A stretch of DNA of 64,000 bases, from NCBI RefSeq assembly GCF_036321535.1, contig NC_087436.1, positions 97,652,001 through 97,716,000 on the forward strand, read 5' to 3'. The notes beneath the pieces are model-generated. The model saw only the letters and a program-made list of their open reading frames with translations, made no database searches and was not told where the DNA came from. The DNA comes from Camelus dromedarius (taxonomy: Eukaryota). Shown here piece by piece: positions 14,180 to 29,268 of the stretch; position 1 is the stretch's first letter, and each line of letters starts with the position of its first letter. Position numbers and translations under genes: made by a program.

Positions 14180-14428
14180 TTCTCTACGAAGTGTCCTCAA
14201 AATCAGTGCAAGTAGTCATTCTATTGTCAATATCTCCTAACCATGTGTGAACATTTCGCTCAGCACTTCTCTTATTTTATTGCAAATATTTGCTCACCGT
14301 ATAGTGTCCCCAAATAGCCATTTAGTCCTTGGAGAGATAGGACTACTCTTATATTTCTTTGTAATCTATCAAACTTGGATAAAAACTAGCATACCTAAAG
14401 TTCTCAATAAATGTGAATTGGATATATA
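14180..14428 (+). mobile_element. L2 3' end
   Basis: tccttggagagataggactactcttatatttctttgtaatc...tctcaataaatgtgaattgga. Confidence 0.6.
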
Positions 14429-16959
14429 ATGCAATGAAAAATATTTTAATGGATATATTTTTCTTTAATATGGTGATACCTTCTTAATTTTTTTTAATTT
14501 TAAAATAAAAAATAGTAAGAAATAAAGCTCATAACTTTGGATTTTTAAATTTTCTTTTATCCCAAACACTTTTTTAAAATCCTGTTTTAATGTTGAAACC
14601 TGGCAATGAATATATAAAAACTGTTAAATGTAAGTGTTCAACTCAGTAGTATTTTAATAAAGGGAATCAAAACTGGCAAAATGTGAAGACAAATGTATTT
14701 TTTCTTTTAATAAGCAGGCAGTGAAAGGAAAGTTATAATTTTTGTCTATATTTTATGTTAGGCTATGTACTAAGTCTAAAATATTTACTTTGCACAACAA
14801 ATCATGTAAGCATTGTAATCACTAAATGGAAGGAAATTCAGATTCAGCAACAACAAATGAGTTGCCTAGGGCATCACACATATAGAAAGACTCAAAAGCA
14901 GGTCTCTCAGACGGTCAACACCATAGCATTTTGCTTCCAAACTACTTTCATGAACATTATCTTTAATTAGTCTTCCATTTAAGTAATACTACATTTCATA
15001 GAGTAAGAGATGTGTTCAAGCTATCACAGTAATAACTAAGAGATATAGAACTCAACTCCTTTTATTTCACAGCTTCTGGTTATCCCACTTACTCATTATT
15101 AGAATAGGATAAATGTAAAATCACTGTTACGGGAAACAATACAATGATGACATACCTGTATTAAAACGAGGGAAAAGAGAAATGTTTACCTCCATTGTGT
15201 GTGTGTTTCTTGAAACTCTTTATTAAATGATTAATATGTATTCTTGTTCACTTTTATTAGTTGTGTTCAAGGAAAGAATAAATTACATGAAGATTTGACC
15301 AAAAGCAAAAAAAGCCAAAAAAAAAAAAAAAAAAAAAAAACCCAAAAAACTCAGCAGGGTTCATTGAGGTTAAATGTTTCTCAGAAGCTCATAAGCGAAC
15401 AAGTCAGATCATTGTGGTCATTTATCTGTAGTTGACTGCATCCATTTATCAAATCTCTTTTGCTTCCCCCATTTCTTTTTTTTTTTTTTTTTTTTAGTAC
15501 AAGTGAACTTCCTTACCCAGTCAGTGATAAAGTAACTTTACATGATGCTATTTTTCTTTAAATAATTTACTCGTCTGACCACTAGTACTTTCTTCATTTC
15601 CTGTATCATAGCTTCTGATCACTCATTAAGCAGTTAGCAGTGTTAATGATGAAAAAAGAAAAAGCAAAAACCAAAGAAACAACTCAAACCAGAGAAGATG
15701 GAAGAAAGGAAAGGAAAGACACATTATAGTAAACTCATCATCTTTATTCCATGTTTGTCATACTGAGAAAGAAGAATTTCTTGAAACAAATTTGGATATC
15801 ACTAATAAAATTACCTGTAGGTTTTTCTAGAAATAATAATAGTCTTATCGGTATATTCCTACAGAAGTTGAACTATGACTACAAGAAGGTTAGTCACTCG
15901 ATTTTTATTATAAGAAGGGATTTATAATTTCTGTTTACATTAATAGAGATGTTTGAGATTATAGTTGATTTTTCTGTTATAATTACTGTGCATGTATGAA
16001 CAATTACTACAGGTTGTAGATGAAATTGTAGGGATTAATATAGTGTAGTTATTGAAAATACAAACATTTTATATGATAGTCTTTATTTAAAAACAAAATT
16101 TCATTTCTGAGAGTTTAGACACTGGAGATAGGCTTACTTATACTATAGATATCAAATTATGCACTTTCTTTAAAAATGGTAAATATTACCAAGAATAAGC
16201 CTTTATTGAATTAAGAAGACATAATATTTATGTTACTAAATAATAGAAATTAAAGCACATGTAATAATTTATACTGATTTTATAATTCTGTTTCTAAAAT
16301 TTCTAATGTATACAGTGAGTTAACTATAAAAATGAAAAATACTTGTGTCATAATTGAGTAAAAATCAGTACATATCATAAAGATAACTGGAAATATAGTG
16401 ACTCAAATGCAAATTTTTGCTAAAGACTTCTAGTCTTAAATCCGATATATCTTTTCAATATACATATATTGTTTTCCAGAGTTTTCACAGCACAGTCATA
16501 ACAGTAGCCTAATAAAGATGTTAAAACCACATTTGAGTAAACATTTCAGCTTGTACAATAAGTCAAAATAAATACAGAAATGAATACTTTATTAGTTCAG
16601 AATTGAACATGAGCTATTTCTATGAATCTAATACTTCGAAAGATTTTACACTTACATGAACACAATTTATAAATATGCTAGAAAAACCACTGAATTTGGA
16701 GTCAGAATTTTGGGTTTTCATTTTGGCATGTCCAATCAGTACCTTGGAAAAAGTTACTTTAGCTCTCTCAGAAACTCTGTCTATGCTGTGAATGCTTCCC
16801 CTACTTGCCTATTTTCTTCATTCTAAGCATGTAATTACATCTCCCACCCTTAAGAAAGCAAAACAAAACAACAACTGTATTTACACTCCACAAAAATAAC
16901 ACCTTTATCAGATTCACCATCTATACTTTCATACAGACCGTTCTATTGCTCTCTTCCCT

Positions 16960-17680
16960 TTCTTCCTTAAATATATTTTTAGATCACAGGTTCAAAAGAT
17001 GGAGTAATCATTTTCATTAGTGTAAAGCATATTATCACCATCAGTAGAATGCCTCCCTTATTTTAATATTTAACATTTAATATCAATTGTATTCCTTTTA
17101 TGCTCATACTCTGATCCTCACTGGCATTTACCCAAACACATATGTATACATTTGAAAAACTACATGCCCTTGCAAAATATGTATTGCTGTTTTACGTGTA
17201 TATTACACATGTTTAAATACATGGTAACGGCATTTTGCTATTCTGTCCTTGTTATTCATTCAACACTATGGTGTTGAAATGTAGCTATGTTGCTAATTAC
17301 ATATATCTTGTTGTTTCTAACTGTGCATATAATTCTATGGTGATATTTACCACATTTTCTATACCCAGCTGTTCAGAGATGGGTATGTAGGCTGGCTCCT
17401 ACTCTCTGCTACCACAAATGATGTTACATTGAACATTCTCATACCTATCCTCTCATGAATTATTATAAGATGTTTTTGTATTGCAAAGTGAAATTTCTAA
17501 GTCATATTTTATTAACATCTATCTAATATTTGATACTATATAACTTCTTATTCTTGCCATTTTTCTGGGTGTGACGTGGCATTTCAATTTAAATAGTATT
17601 GCCTTGAATGCTAGGTTTTATCATCTCTTGATTTTATCACCCTGAGTTCTAACTTCAAACATGCTCTATTGTATATTTCT
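16960..17680 (-). mobile_element. Old L1ME 3' end
   Basis: tcattcaacactatggtgttgaaatgtagctatgttgct...taccacattttctataccc...gaacattctcatacc resembles an antisense L1ME 3' region. Confidence 0.6.
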
Positions 17681-19439
17681 TTCCTTTTAATAATATCACA
17701 GGAAGATTTCAGAACTTTCCAGTTGAGAATAAACAGGAGCAGAACTTCCAGAGGAAAAAAATACATAAAACCGGTGAAACAGATTACCTTCCTTATACCT
17801 GTATTCTCAAGTAAATAGAAAAAAAAAAGGTATCTGCTGAGAGGAAGAGAACTTATTAAAATCCCTTTGTAGACTGTCTCTGCCTAAGAATAACCTGTAC
17901 TGAGTAGAACTTAGGATCTCTGAGAACTGACACCCTCGAGAGGTCTATGCAAGCTATTGTATCTCTGATATAAAGTGAAGACGTGTTGTACATGAAATTC
18001 TTGCCACTGTGTGAAGTGCTTGACAAACTCATTAGGGACCTCATCTCTCCTGTGTCAGAGATGCATGTCAGACATGGAAAGGTGGGGGCCCCAGGGAACT
18101 GCTTCAGTTCCCCAGACCTCTTTTTGTTCTACTGTACCTCTTGCTTGCCAACGTCCTTTCATTATTTAGTAGAGCTTGACATTCAGTGAGATCTCTGATT
18201 TTAGTTGATTGGACAGTCTGATCCTGTATTTAGCTCATTAGTTCTTTTCTACTATTACATTAGTATCACTTGATATTTGAGGTGCACTTCTAAGCATTTA
18301 AACTTTCAATCTAGTTTAATTTAATATATCAATCTCACATTCAATTCAAAGCTTCCAAATCCAGTTTGAAACTTGATGTTAGGCTCAAGGACCTGCAGCA
18401 GGAAGAGAAGCACCACCTGATCTCTTGTTATTCCTTTTCTCCCACCACCTCAATTCATTCCCACACTAGTGGCTCTTCTGTAGTTGAGGGGAGAGGTAAA
18501 CGGATCATGTCAACAGGTAAAATCCTTATATGAATGCCACTACTTTAATTCAAACTTCAATGACAGCTCTATCACACATATTTAAATGTTTCTGGTTTTA
18601 GGCTTCCTTTCTTTTATTTACATTTTTGGGAAGACTTATTAAGGCATAGAAAGACAGATCCCTGATGTGGAAAGTACATTTTCATGACAGTTGATTTCTT
18701 ATGATCCCATCCCTCAGGGCTCCTGCTCCTGGCACCTAAAACCTTGCATAGGGTCTGCAAGAGAGCTCCTTGGTGAATTCTGACATGCCTATAAAGTGAG
18801 GAGACTTAGCTGATTATCTGCTGAACCTTACAGGCTTATCTGAATGAGCCCTCAAAATGTATTGCACAGGAAATTGTATTTCCTGTTCACAAAAAGCATC
18901 AATATCCGCAGAAAGAACTACTACCTACACTACATAAATGAAATGCTTTTTCTCATTTTCTACTAACTACACCCATCCTACAACTCTGCAGGAAACAGGA
19001 GCTTCAGGGTAGATCATGCTCCCATACCTCCCCCAGGGAAGGATGCTAAGCCATGGTTCTGCTGTGAGCCCAGAATAACATAAATAATTGTATTTGCTGT
19101 GAGATTAAAGTCTGACACAGACTGGACAGGACTCTATAACGTCTGAAGATAAATAGCAATCATCCAAATGAGACTAATCACAAAATAAGAGTAAAGAGAA
19201 AGCTCTGGGATTCACTGACATCATCAAAGAGTAGATGTAAGAGAACTGGCAGAGCCTAACTGAACGCAGGAATAGAATAAAAATAAAGCCATTTCTTATT
19301 TGCGCCCCATTAAGGTCAACCCATTCAGTGCATCTGTTGTGTATGTGAGTCATTCGGACTTCTTGCTTAAATTGTCTCTTTATAGCCTCTCTACATTTTT
19401 CTTTTAGGTTTTCTGGGTTTTTTGACTACTCTCTCAGCC

Positions 19440-20018
19440 ACGTATTGTCAAAATTATCCAGTCATAGATAGCTATACTCTACATTACCCAGCCTCAAATA
19501 TATTAACACAGCTTCTGTTCCTTCCATTCTATTAAAGCTGTTTTTCTAACGTGGATCCCTCAGTGTTTATCTTAATGAGCTCTCTAATGCTGTTTAACAG
19601 TCAGTTTTCAAACTCTTGCCTCTTTCTAGTTTAATGACACTATTTCATTTGATTTTTTGTTCCCAGTCCTTTGTATGCACTTTTATGGGCTTTGAGTTTC
19701 TTTCTTGGGGTGAGTGGGCAAGGGATTTGACTTTTATATTTGACCCTTAAACATTGGATCTCCAAGGAGTACAGTCGATTGTACTTCTTTTTCTTTCTGT
19801 TTGTTTTAATTTACTCTCCTGATTGAATATTCCATCAATACACTAACGATTCCCAATACCTCTCTTTAGCCCTCAACCTGCACTTCTAACTCGTCTATTT
19901 ACCTGCTTGTAAGTCAGGTCTGTATGTCTCAAAGATGTCTTAAACTAGTAATGTTCAAATTATGAACGAATACTTATTATCATGTCAGTTAAACTTCATA
20001 TATATACACATATATGTA

Positions 20019-20094
<76 letters not shown>

Positions 20095-20375
20095 TAATGG
20101 CAATAATTTACCCGAGGTACATGAATCTGTAATCTCGGATGTATCCTGTAATTCTTTGTCTCCTCCCATTTCTAATCAGTTATCAAAGCCTCTAGAAAAC
20201 TCCTCTGAAATGCCCTTCCCTTCTTTGCTGTCATATCACACTGTACATGTCTTTATTTTAATGCCTGTATTGAAGTTGGTCCATTTATCTCTCTCATTAA
20301 ACTGTTTGCCCATCAAGGATAGGAACTCCTAGGCACCTCTGTAGTATATTACCTCACGTAGAGTCTGCAACTAAA
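19440..20375 (+). mobile_element. L2 LINE fragment interrupted by a microsatellite
   Basis: L2 ORF-like tracts (cagtgtttatcttaatgagctctctaatgctgttt; tctcaaagatgtcttaaactagtaatgttcaaa). Confidence 0.55.
19998..20090. repeat. (TG)n(TA)n microsatellite
   Basis: Directly visible. Confidence 0.95.
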
Positions 20376-22029
20376 AAGTGTATGTTCCATATGTATTTTC
20401 TGCCCTGAACTGACTTCTAGTTTGCAAAATAGTTTTCTTTTACTTGCATCTTACACTGATAACATTTCAACAAATTTTATTTGTCACCAACTATCTGAAT
20501 AGCTTCATGGAATGAGGCATAATGTAAATAAACAAGCAATGTAAAAATTGATCACTAAATTTAATTCATACATTTTTTTTCTTTTTTAAGCATATGCCAC
20601 ACCAATTTTTATAAAAGTATTGATTCAATCAGAAGAATGACATTTTAGAGAAAACAATAAAAGTGTAAGGATACTTCACAGAATTGCTGTAAAAGTAAAC
20701 TTAACAAGTTCTTTCTCCCTGCTTCCATTCTGACTGCACAATGTACTCCTTCCTTTCTTTTGCATTAACCTAAGTCCTTCCCTTGCAAACAAGCTTATTT
20801 GCCCTTTCTGTGCACTGTTTCTATGACCAGTTTTTTACTTCTATTGTCTACAAGAGCGATTATGTTATTTTTCACTTCTGCTGCACTTTCTTTACCTTGC
20901 ACTCACATTCTTTCTCATTACAATCTGGCAGCTATCGCCTCTTGGTCTTTGTTCTCCTTAATCATTTTGTAGCATTTGGCAATGCTGACCATTTCCTTTT
21001 GGACATACTTCCTTCTTATCCGAATATTGGTTTACTCCACTGCTCACTCTGTCTCATTTTCTCATCATGATAGAGAAGGCAAGTTCCACTGATTTATTCA
21101 GTCAGTCAACAAACATGGATTGAGTGTCTCCTGTGTGTCAGCACTTTGCAAATGATAATACAGCACTCATTTCCAAAGAACTTGCTGTTTTGATGAGAAG
21201 ACAGATATATGATGAATGAAAACATAGGATCATTTTCACAGAAGTGAGGTCACAGTGAGGAGACTGAGAGAGGAAGTCATTCTAAATAAAATGTAAATAT
21301 CTAGAGTGTTAATATTTATTTTTGATACAAAAAGCATTAGAGGAAACATTAGACACAAAATACCAATAATTATGGTGAGAATTTCCCTACCTAACATTTA
21401 TTCCTTTGTAAAGCCACAGAGGAATAAATTCAGCTCTGAATCATTGGTAGAAAAATTAGAAAATACAAATCAAGAACGACTAGTTTTACATTCTCAAATG
21501 ATATTGCTTTAGACATTCCTATGCTAATTTCCCACTTTTTGTAATTAATTTATCTTTTTAAAATGATCTCATTGGTCAAGATTATATAATATTTATATAA
21601 TACTCTTTCTTCCCTTTCTGGTACACTGTGTACCTAATTCAAATGCAGTAGTCTGCTGCAGCACAAAGTTTTTATCATGGCTTTTGTGATATTTCTTACT
21701 GATAGGATGTCTCCTGTCACTCAGAATGATCTTGCAGTCTTTTGAGGACTCATGCATATGAAAAATAATCCTTCATGACAGTTTCCTCCAATTTAAGGCA
21801 GCAATTTCTTCCATATCTGCCTGTTTTATTGATAACTGTCATTGGAGGAAAGGGAATAGTCTGCAACCCAATATGGATGAAAATGAATAACTATAAGTGT
21901 AACCTTGCTAGAGAAATTATATCAGTTTGAGACACACTGTCTCTTGAAGATAGACAAATGCTAAAGAGCTGAACCATACAGTTTATGAAACAATGTAGTC
22001 ATCCCATCTTTAGCAAAGTCAAAACCAAC

Positions 22030-22050
22030 TTTTTCTTTCCCTTTCTTTCC

Positions 22051-22116
<66 letters not shown>

Positions 22117-22146
22117 CCTTCCTTCCTTCCCTCTTCCTTTCTTTTT
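22030..22146. repeat. (CTTT)n/(CCTT)n tetranucleotide microsatellite
   Basis: Directly visible. Confidence 0.95.
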
Positions 22147-22164
22147 AGTTGCTATATATGGTAA

Positions 22165-22310
22165 CTAATCTGTGCTTCAGTTTCCTCATGTATAAAACTG
22201 GGACATCAATCCTATTTACTTCACACAACTGTGAGGACTAAAAATGAAATGTTTTCAACAATGTTTTTCACAGTAATAAGTGCTATTTATGTGTTATAAT
22301 GTAATTTTAT
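22165..22310 (+). mobile_element. MIR SINE fragment
   Basis: ctgtgcttcagtttcctcatgtataaaactggg is the MIR core. Confidence 0.75.
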
Positions 22311-22404
22311 TATATCCCTATCAATTTCTTACAAGACATTCATGTATGAATTCCTGTACCTAGTATCATGAGTCAAGAGCTATGATACCCTTTTCTATGC
22401 CATG

Positions 22405-22660
22405 TGTAATGGGCAGATTTCCCATGAGAACTGTCAATGCCCTAATCTCTGGAAGCTGTGAGTATGTTACATTACATGGCAAAAGAAAATTTGCAGTTGA
22501 GATTAAGATTAAGGACATTAAAATAGGGAGATGATCGTGGATTTTAAGGATGAGTCCCATGTAATTACAAGAGCCCTAAAGCACAGTAAACTCTTTTAGT
22601 GTGGAATCGAGTGAGATGCAGCTGGAAAGAGAGATCCCAATCATGAGAATATTGCCACCA
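22405..22660 (+). mobile_element. MaLR LTR 5' part (MLT1D/E-like)
   Basis: ccctaatctctggaagctgtgagtatgttacattacatggcaaaagaaaatttgcagttgagattaag resembles MLT1D/E. Confidence 0.8.
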
Positions 22661-22759
22661 AGACAATTTGCTCATCATCACTACCCTATTGAATCTCAAA
22701 GGCAGTAAGAGGAAAGACAGAGGGAGAGAGACATAGAGAGGATAAAGAGAAGGAGAGGA

Positions 22760-24050
22760 GGAGGAAGCAATAATATTAGAAAAACAATAACAACTGATTC
22801 CAAAATAAAGTATGCCTGTGGAGACATCATTTTAAATAGCAGCAAAATTCTAAAATATTTAAGAATGAATTTAACAAAATTACACAAAACATGATTAAAA
22901 GAAAATTGAAAAGGATGATTGAAAGACATAGTAGATTTTCATTTAAATCAAAGCAAAACAAAATACAATAGCATTATAACAAATGGTCTTCAAAGCTGTC
23001 TATCATGAGAAACACAAAGAATGTAAGGCAATTTTTGCATTGTCTAGAAATCAAGACATAAAAATATACTACATAAAATCTAATAGTTTTGTACAAAATT
23101 ATAGAAATAGATTAGTGGACTAGAAGAAGGAGTCAGAGGACAAAAATATACAGATATTTTGCTGTAATTTGAGAGAGAAAGCCTTATAAATAATCAAGAA
23201 AAGTTTAACAACTTTTCCAAAAGTTAGAAATACTAACTATAGGAAAACAACATATTAGACATCAAATCAGTCAAAATAATCACATGAAAACAATTAAGTC
23301 TTCAGAAAATAAAACTTAGAGAAAAATTTTTTACCTTGATACATGGAATGTATCTTAAAAAGCAAAAAGCAAGTATATTAAGGAACTGATAAATTTTTTA
23401 TGATTTTAAATACATATTAAAATAAATATTAAATTAAATATTAAATATTTTGTAAAACAAAAGACATTCTAAATGTTCAAATAAGCAAAAGACAAATGAG
23501 TATAAAAATAAGTATAAAATTAACCAATAAAAACTATGAATAAGCAATTTCATAATCACAATGATCAAAGGAAGAATTCCTCATAATCATATAATGAGAT
23601 TCTGTGTAGCAAAAAAAAAAAATTTTCCTTGATCTACATGTATCAACATGCTTGTGGTTTCAAAACATTATGTTAAATGAAAATAGCAAATTTCTATGAG
23701 ACAGAATAGTATGACAGAACTTATATGAATTACAACCATTCATAAAAAGTGTCATCTCATAAATATATATATGTATATGCTTGACTGGGACACTGTGCTG
23801 TACACCAGAAATTGACACATTGTCACTGACTGTACTTCAATAAAAAATAAAAGAAAAAAGTATCATCTTAAAGTTTATGGCTTTCCATATGTACTATATA
23901 TAGAAATATGCACTGGAACAATATACACTATTTATTTTCTGGAAATGTCTAATGGTGAATGGAGTTAAGAAAATACATACTAATTTTGAGTGCTGTGAAC
24001 AACTTGTGTTCATACTGTTAGTCTCTGTGCTTTTTAATTTGAAAAAAACA
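22760..24050 (+). mobile_element. Ancient L1 (L1ME-like) ORF2 and 3' remnants
   Basis: A-rich decayed ORF2 (aaaatatttaagaatgaatttaacaaaa...) followed by 3' UTR-like tacatgtatcaacatg...caaaacattatgttaaatgaaaatagcaa. Confidence 0.6.
23760..23854 (+). mobile_element. ~95-bp camelid L1 3' tail insertion
   Basis: gactgggacactgtgctgtacaccagaaattgacacattgtcactgactgtacttcaataaaaaa, with TSD aaaaagtgtcatctca (23744-23759) / aaaaagtatcatctta (23855-23870). Confidence 0.88.
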
Positions 24051-27000
24051 AAGTGAAAAACTGGGAGAACAATAAATCAGCATTTTTGGCCCTTTTGGCA
24101 ACACTACATTCCCATTAAAAAAACATTGCAACATATTTCAATTTCATCAAAAATTGTGAAAAAGTGAAGTTTAAAAACTTTGACTTGATTTTTTAAGAAC
24201 ATTTGCATTTCCAAGTTGGCTTAGAATTAACTCTTCTTGTTAATCACTGAAAATGTGGCATAAAGCAAGCAAGACTGCAATTTGCATTTAAAATGCATAA
24301 TACATTATTCAGTTGAAAGCTGCCTTACATTTCTAGAACCTCAAGAGGTGATGGGAGGCTTATGTTATTCTCAAATACAAATCTGAAAAATATTTTATAT
24401 TTGAGAATTTTTTGTTCACTGATTCATTCATTTTTTCATCCAGGGGTGCACATATATTGACCTAAGCACATTGCTAATCTTTGGAAATAAAATAGTGTTT
24501 AGAAAAGCACTACCATGACTTCTAGAACCCTCAGTTAATTGCAACATTTTTTCCATTTTATTTAGGCATAAAAAATGATTTTTATGACTATTGTTGAAGA
24601 TCTGCTTGGCAAAGACCAGAGAAAGTTTTTACTCTGCCAAGTGACAGGGTTTGAGAAGAGATATGAAGAGATAAGTAACAGCATGATATACTGTCAGGTC
24701 TAAAGAAGTTGGCAGGTCTATTGAATAATACATTCTTATTGATTGCCAAAGAAATCTGCCTTCCATAGCTTAGGTACTCCTTGCTTTGCCATCAAAATGA
24801 CCCTCTTACTAAGGTTTGAGTGAAATAATATTTGTAGGTAGTCACATTTAATTATGATAGAAATAAATACATCATTTATATTTCTATATGTGGATGAGTA
24901 ATAAAAAATTAAACTGTAAAATTTTATATTTCTATTCTTTTATTTCACAAAAATCAGAAATCTGACTCACCCTAGTTGACAATATTGCAAAAATGTAATT
25001 TGTGTGTAATTACAAAATGTTAAAGTCGTGTTTAAAACAATTGTAATCATTTGTTCTTGACAATAAAGCCATAATCGCTCATTTTGACAACACAATGATG
25101 GGTTCTTTTTATAGATCATTCAGGTGTTCTAAGAACTTAAGGAATTGCAGTTGAATGACTTACATTTAAATACCATTTCTAAATCATAGACCTGTCCAAA
25201 TTTTTATCAGTCTTAACAATGAAGTCCTGATACATAATGTAGATATTTAAGATGTTTTGATTTTAAAAGCTGAATTGAGTAGAAAAGGTATTTCAAAATC
25301 AAACATATCCTTCTCACTTAAAATTGACACAAAATAAACTTCTCTTAAAAATGCCTTATTTTTTTTACTATATGTTAATATATGTAGATAGTTTTATTTG
25401 GTATGATTATTTTCTTTTATAGAATTTCATTTCTACTAAGTATAAAAGCACTAATTATAGGCTTAAATTATATAGTGATATTGATTATAGATTTTAATCT
25501 CTCTGTAAACTTCAATTGCCAATTAATCTTTCTTAAAAATTTGAATTTTTTATTGACTAAAAAAGGGATATATTTTATGACCAGTGGACCCTAGAGAACC
25601 ACAGAATTACTGTAATGTCTTCTAATCTAGATACTTAAAAAATTTTGTCTATATTCTGCATAATCTTACAGATTTTTGTTTTGCTACCTTTCACATGTAT
25701 AGGTAGCTGTGATTAATCATTTTTTCAAAGTAAATTCATATTGTTTTCATTCAATTAAGTACATTATTAGTCAGTGAATACTTACTGCATAAATGATACC
25801 ATGTGGTCGTCTGAAAATATTTAGACGTAAAATGTGTTCCTCATATTGGATCATTTAGAAGATAGTTCTACCACTGTTTACTCATTTTAAGAATTTTAAT
25901 GTTGTTTAATTTTTCAGTACATTCTAATTTTTTATGAAACATTTTATTAAATTTATTTATTAATGATATCCCCATTAAAATTATTCTCCTGCAGAAAAAC
26001 TAGAAAAATGATACTTGGAATATTTTCTCAAGACAGCAAACATCTAATAGACAAAATTTATTTTTATTGGCAATGTTAATTACATTTTAAAAAGAGACAG
26101 TTTCTGAGAGATACAGGATATTTAGATTATGACAATTATATATTTAGTCAATCTAAACAATTATTATTATTTTCCTACACTCCAAATACAACTCACATTT
26201 AGAGCAGACAAAAATAGGTATTAAGTTACTGTTATCTACTACTGCCGGGATGGTATTTTGCAGGAAGATCACATTATGAACAGTATATGAGATTAATGAC
26301 TTAGCTGAGCAGAGTTCTGTAGCTGCTGTCTAGCAGTGTGACTTATTGTTATATGCCTGGCTTTGTATACATAACATCTGAAGATCATGAATAAAATTAA
26401 AAACAAACAGAATTCTAAAATAAAATATATTCTTGATATTTAGTCAACTTTTACAACAATTAATCACCTTGTGACTGTTATCATACAAAGTGCATTTCCA
26501 TGTCAGGAAATAAACATTCTGTGGTGAGGTAATATAGTGGCCCATGATGTATTTTTTTAGTGTGGTTAATTTGATAAGAATGGCTTGCCTCTTTTAATAT
26601 TTCCCACTTTTTTCTATTATATCCATGACATTTGGTAATCTGGTCTGATAATCTGATGTCTTGCTAACATTTTTCTTCAACCTTTAAAAAAATTAACCTT
26701 CTTATAGTATTTTATCATTAATATAATCTATAACCAATCATGATGTCTCACTACAATTATTTCCCTGCTATTAGGCTAAAGTCTACTAATCTGAGAAAAT
26801 CTTTCCTAATTAATAAAGCATATGTTTTCTATATTTATTATCCTACTAAATGAGGAATGGCTTCTTATGAAAAGAAGTTCACATAATGTGTGTCTGTGTG
26901 TGTGTGTGTAGGTATGTGTGTGTGCCACGGTATGCTCTGTAAATCTGCAGTCTTTTCAACTGTGTGACATACAGCCACCTCATAAATGATTCACATGGTA

Positions 27001-28329
27001 CCCAGAGGTACAGTTAAAGAGGGCAAACTGATGGCATGAATGCTTGTTTGTATAAAGCTCTATTAATAATAAATTAGTCCTCTCTTGTACAGTCAGGATA
27101 TAGTGCCTCAATCTGATAAATGGTGGACATAAAACTAGGCAATTCTTTACTAAGAAAATATGACTTTCAGAAATATATATGTATCCTTGGGCTCTTTGTA
27201 ATAATTGTCTCAGAAGAATAACAATGAAAATATAATAACATTTTAAAAATATATTTTCTACTGTATATTGTTAGAAAATAAACAGGGAACCTCCATCAAT
27301 TTTATTTCAGCATATTGTCCTCTTTATTTTTAATCTATGCTGGTAAGATGCTACTACAAATTGACCCACTGTGCTAAAAATACCCTATGAAAGGAATAAC
27401 AAGAAAGAAATTTTACATTTAACCTTCTGTTTAGCAGAATTCTTACAGCTTGATGAGTTTATAATGTGTTTGAGTCATTTTCATAATGTATTCCTTTATA
27501 TGCATATGTGTTGTAGTTATACTGATAGCTATAAAGAGTTTATACTTTTTTAAACCAAATTCGAATTATTTCTACCTAGTGTAGCATGAAAATCAAAAGT
27601 ACTTAAGAAAAGTAAAACTCTTGATTAAAATGAATGGATTGAACAATAAGTTCTACTATGTCTGCAAACTGCTACAATGACCATAATGGACTTTTTAAAG
27701 GTATTTTCCCACAAGGACAAAACAGCTATATAGAGAGACACAGAGAGACAGAGATATCCGGTAGGATGATAGATGAGTGGAAACCGGCTTACCTGAACCA
27801 AAAATCTCTGAAACTAAAATAAAAAATAGAAAATCAATCCTTATCATAAATGTGTCAAACACTGAAGAAGGTATGGGTGGGGAGATGTGCTGGAGGAATA
27901 AAAATGACAGGATTATGTGACAGTCTTTTAAGAAAAAGACTGGGGGATTTACCAGGTTAATTCTCCAGATCTGCATGTTCCCTACTTCTTGGATGAAGCC
28001 TGGAGATTTAATCCCTGCAGAGGGGGAGAGAAAAGATTTCAGGACATCAGCTCAATGACAGACCCGAGTGCCATAGTCCAGACTGGACATTAAATGAGTG
28101 TTTGCAGAAGGCAGAGATCACAACTGCCTTTCCTCTTGTGCTAGGCACAACATTGGTAACCAGGTGGTTTATAGTCTATTTAGGACACTGGAATAGTTTT
28201 TTTCTCAGAAATGTGTTGAATGAAAAGAAAATTCACAAAGATACTCTGATTGTGTGGGTGTGAGTGTGGGCGTGTGTGTCTGTTGGAGTAATACAGAACA
28301 GTCTTTTTCAATCAGATTTTAGTTTTCTA

Positions 28330-29268
28330 TCACTAAATATAAAGTAACAGATAAGGATGATCACATATGTAAAAAAAACATAATCTAAAGAAAATATCTT
28401 AAGAAAATTATCTAAAATCAAAAGCAGAAACAAAAGAAAAACAGGAAACAAATGCAAATTGAAGGAAACAGAGATAAGGCCAAAGTAATCAAGCTTAAAA
28501 GGTCATCATGTTAGGTAGTTAGGTAAGTGGGGGCACTGGGCAGATAAGGTGGAGGACAGGGCAGATGGTCCAAAAGATGGTGTTATGCCCACCCTCAGCA
28601 TAAAGGCACTACTTCCTCTAAATGAGTGCCAGCAAGAAACTGGTTAAAACCCAAGGGCCGCAACTGCATGGCAGTGACAAGGACTTAACAGAACATGACC
28701 CAATGCTCATTGTAATATAATTAGTGCTGCAGTTTAGGTGCCCCCTCCCCACCACCATGGGTTTTTCTGTGTGCATCAAGAGTAAGGACATGCACAAAAG
28801 GGGACAAGCATGACTAAGCACTCCAGAGCCAAGAGCCATCAATTAATCAAGAGACCACCTCTAAGCAAGGGTATAAGGGAAGGGACAAAGACCATTGCTA
28901 TGCACCCTTGGATCAGCCCACTTTCCATTCCTGAAGGTGTACTTTTGCTCTACTAAAAAAATCTTTAAAATCTTTCTCTATGTAACACTTCCATCTCCCA
29001 GCTGAATTCTTCTCTTTCAGGCAAGACAAGAACCAAGGTTTTTCCCTTCCCTCTTTGAGGTAACAATCATTAATATTTTTAGCCTTTTGAGTATCCATAA
29101 TAAGAAAGAATGCTGTAATAAGTAATTGTTTACTGAAACACTGGAAGTTAAGTGTATGATGGCAGAAGCTAAAATTTAGTAAAAATATTGGAAAATAAAG
29201 ATGCTAAAAAATCTCCCAGAAGGAAAGAAAACAAGAAAATTAGAACACTACTCTAGAAAGCTGATAAA
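28330..29268 (+). mobile_element. HAL1 / old L1 ORF1-like remnant split by an LTR
   Basis: actggaagttaagtgtatgatggcagaagctaaaa...ttggaaaataaagatgctaaaaaatctcccagaa...aagaaaattaga resembles the HAL1 ORF1 coiled-coil region. Confidence 0.5.
28509..29065 (+). mobile_element. ERV1-class solo LTR (TGTTAGGTAGTTAG...GGTAACA family)
   Basis: TG...CA termini, exact 4-bp TSD ATCA (28505-28508, 29066-29069), TATA-like gtataag near 28871. Confidence 0.9.
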
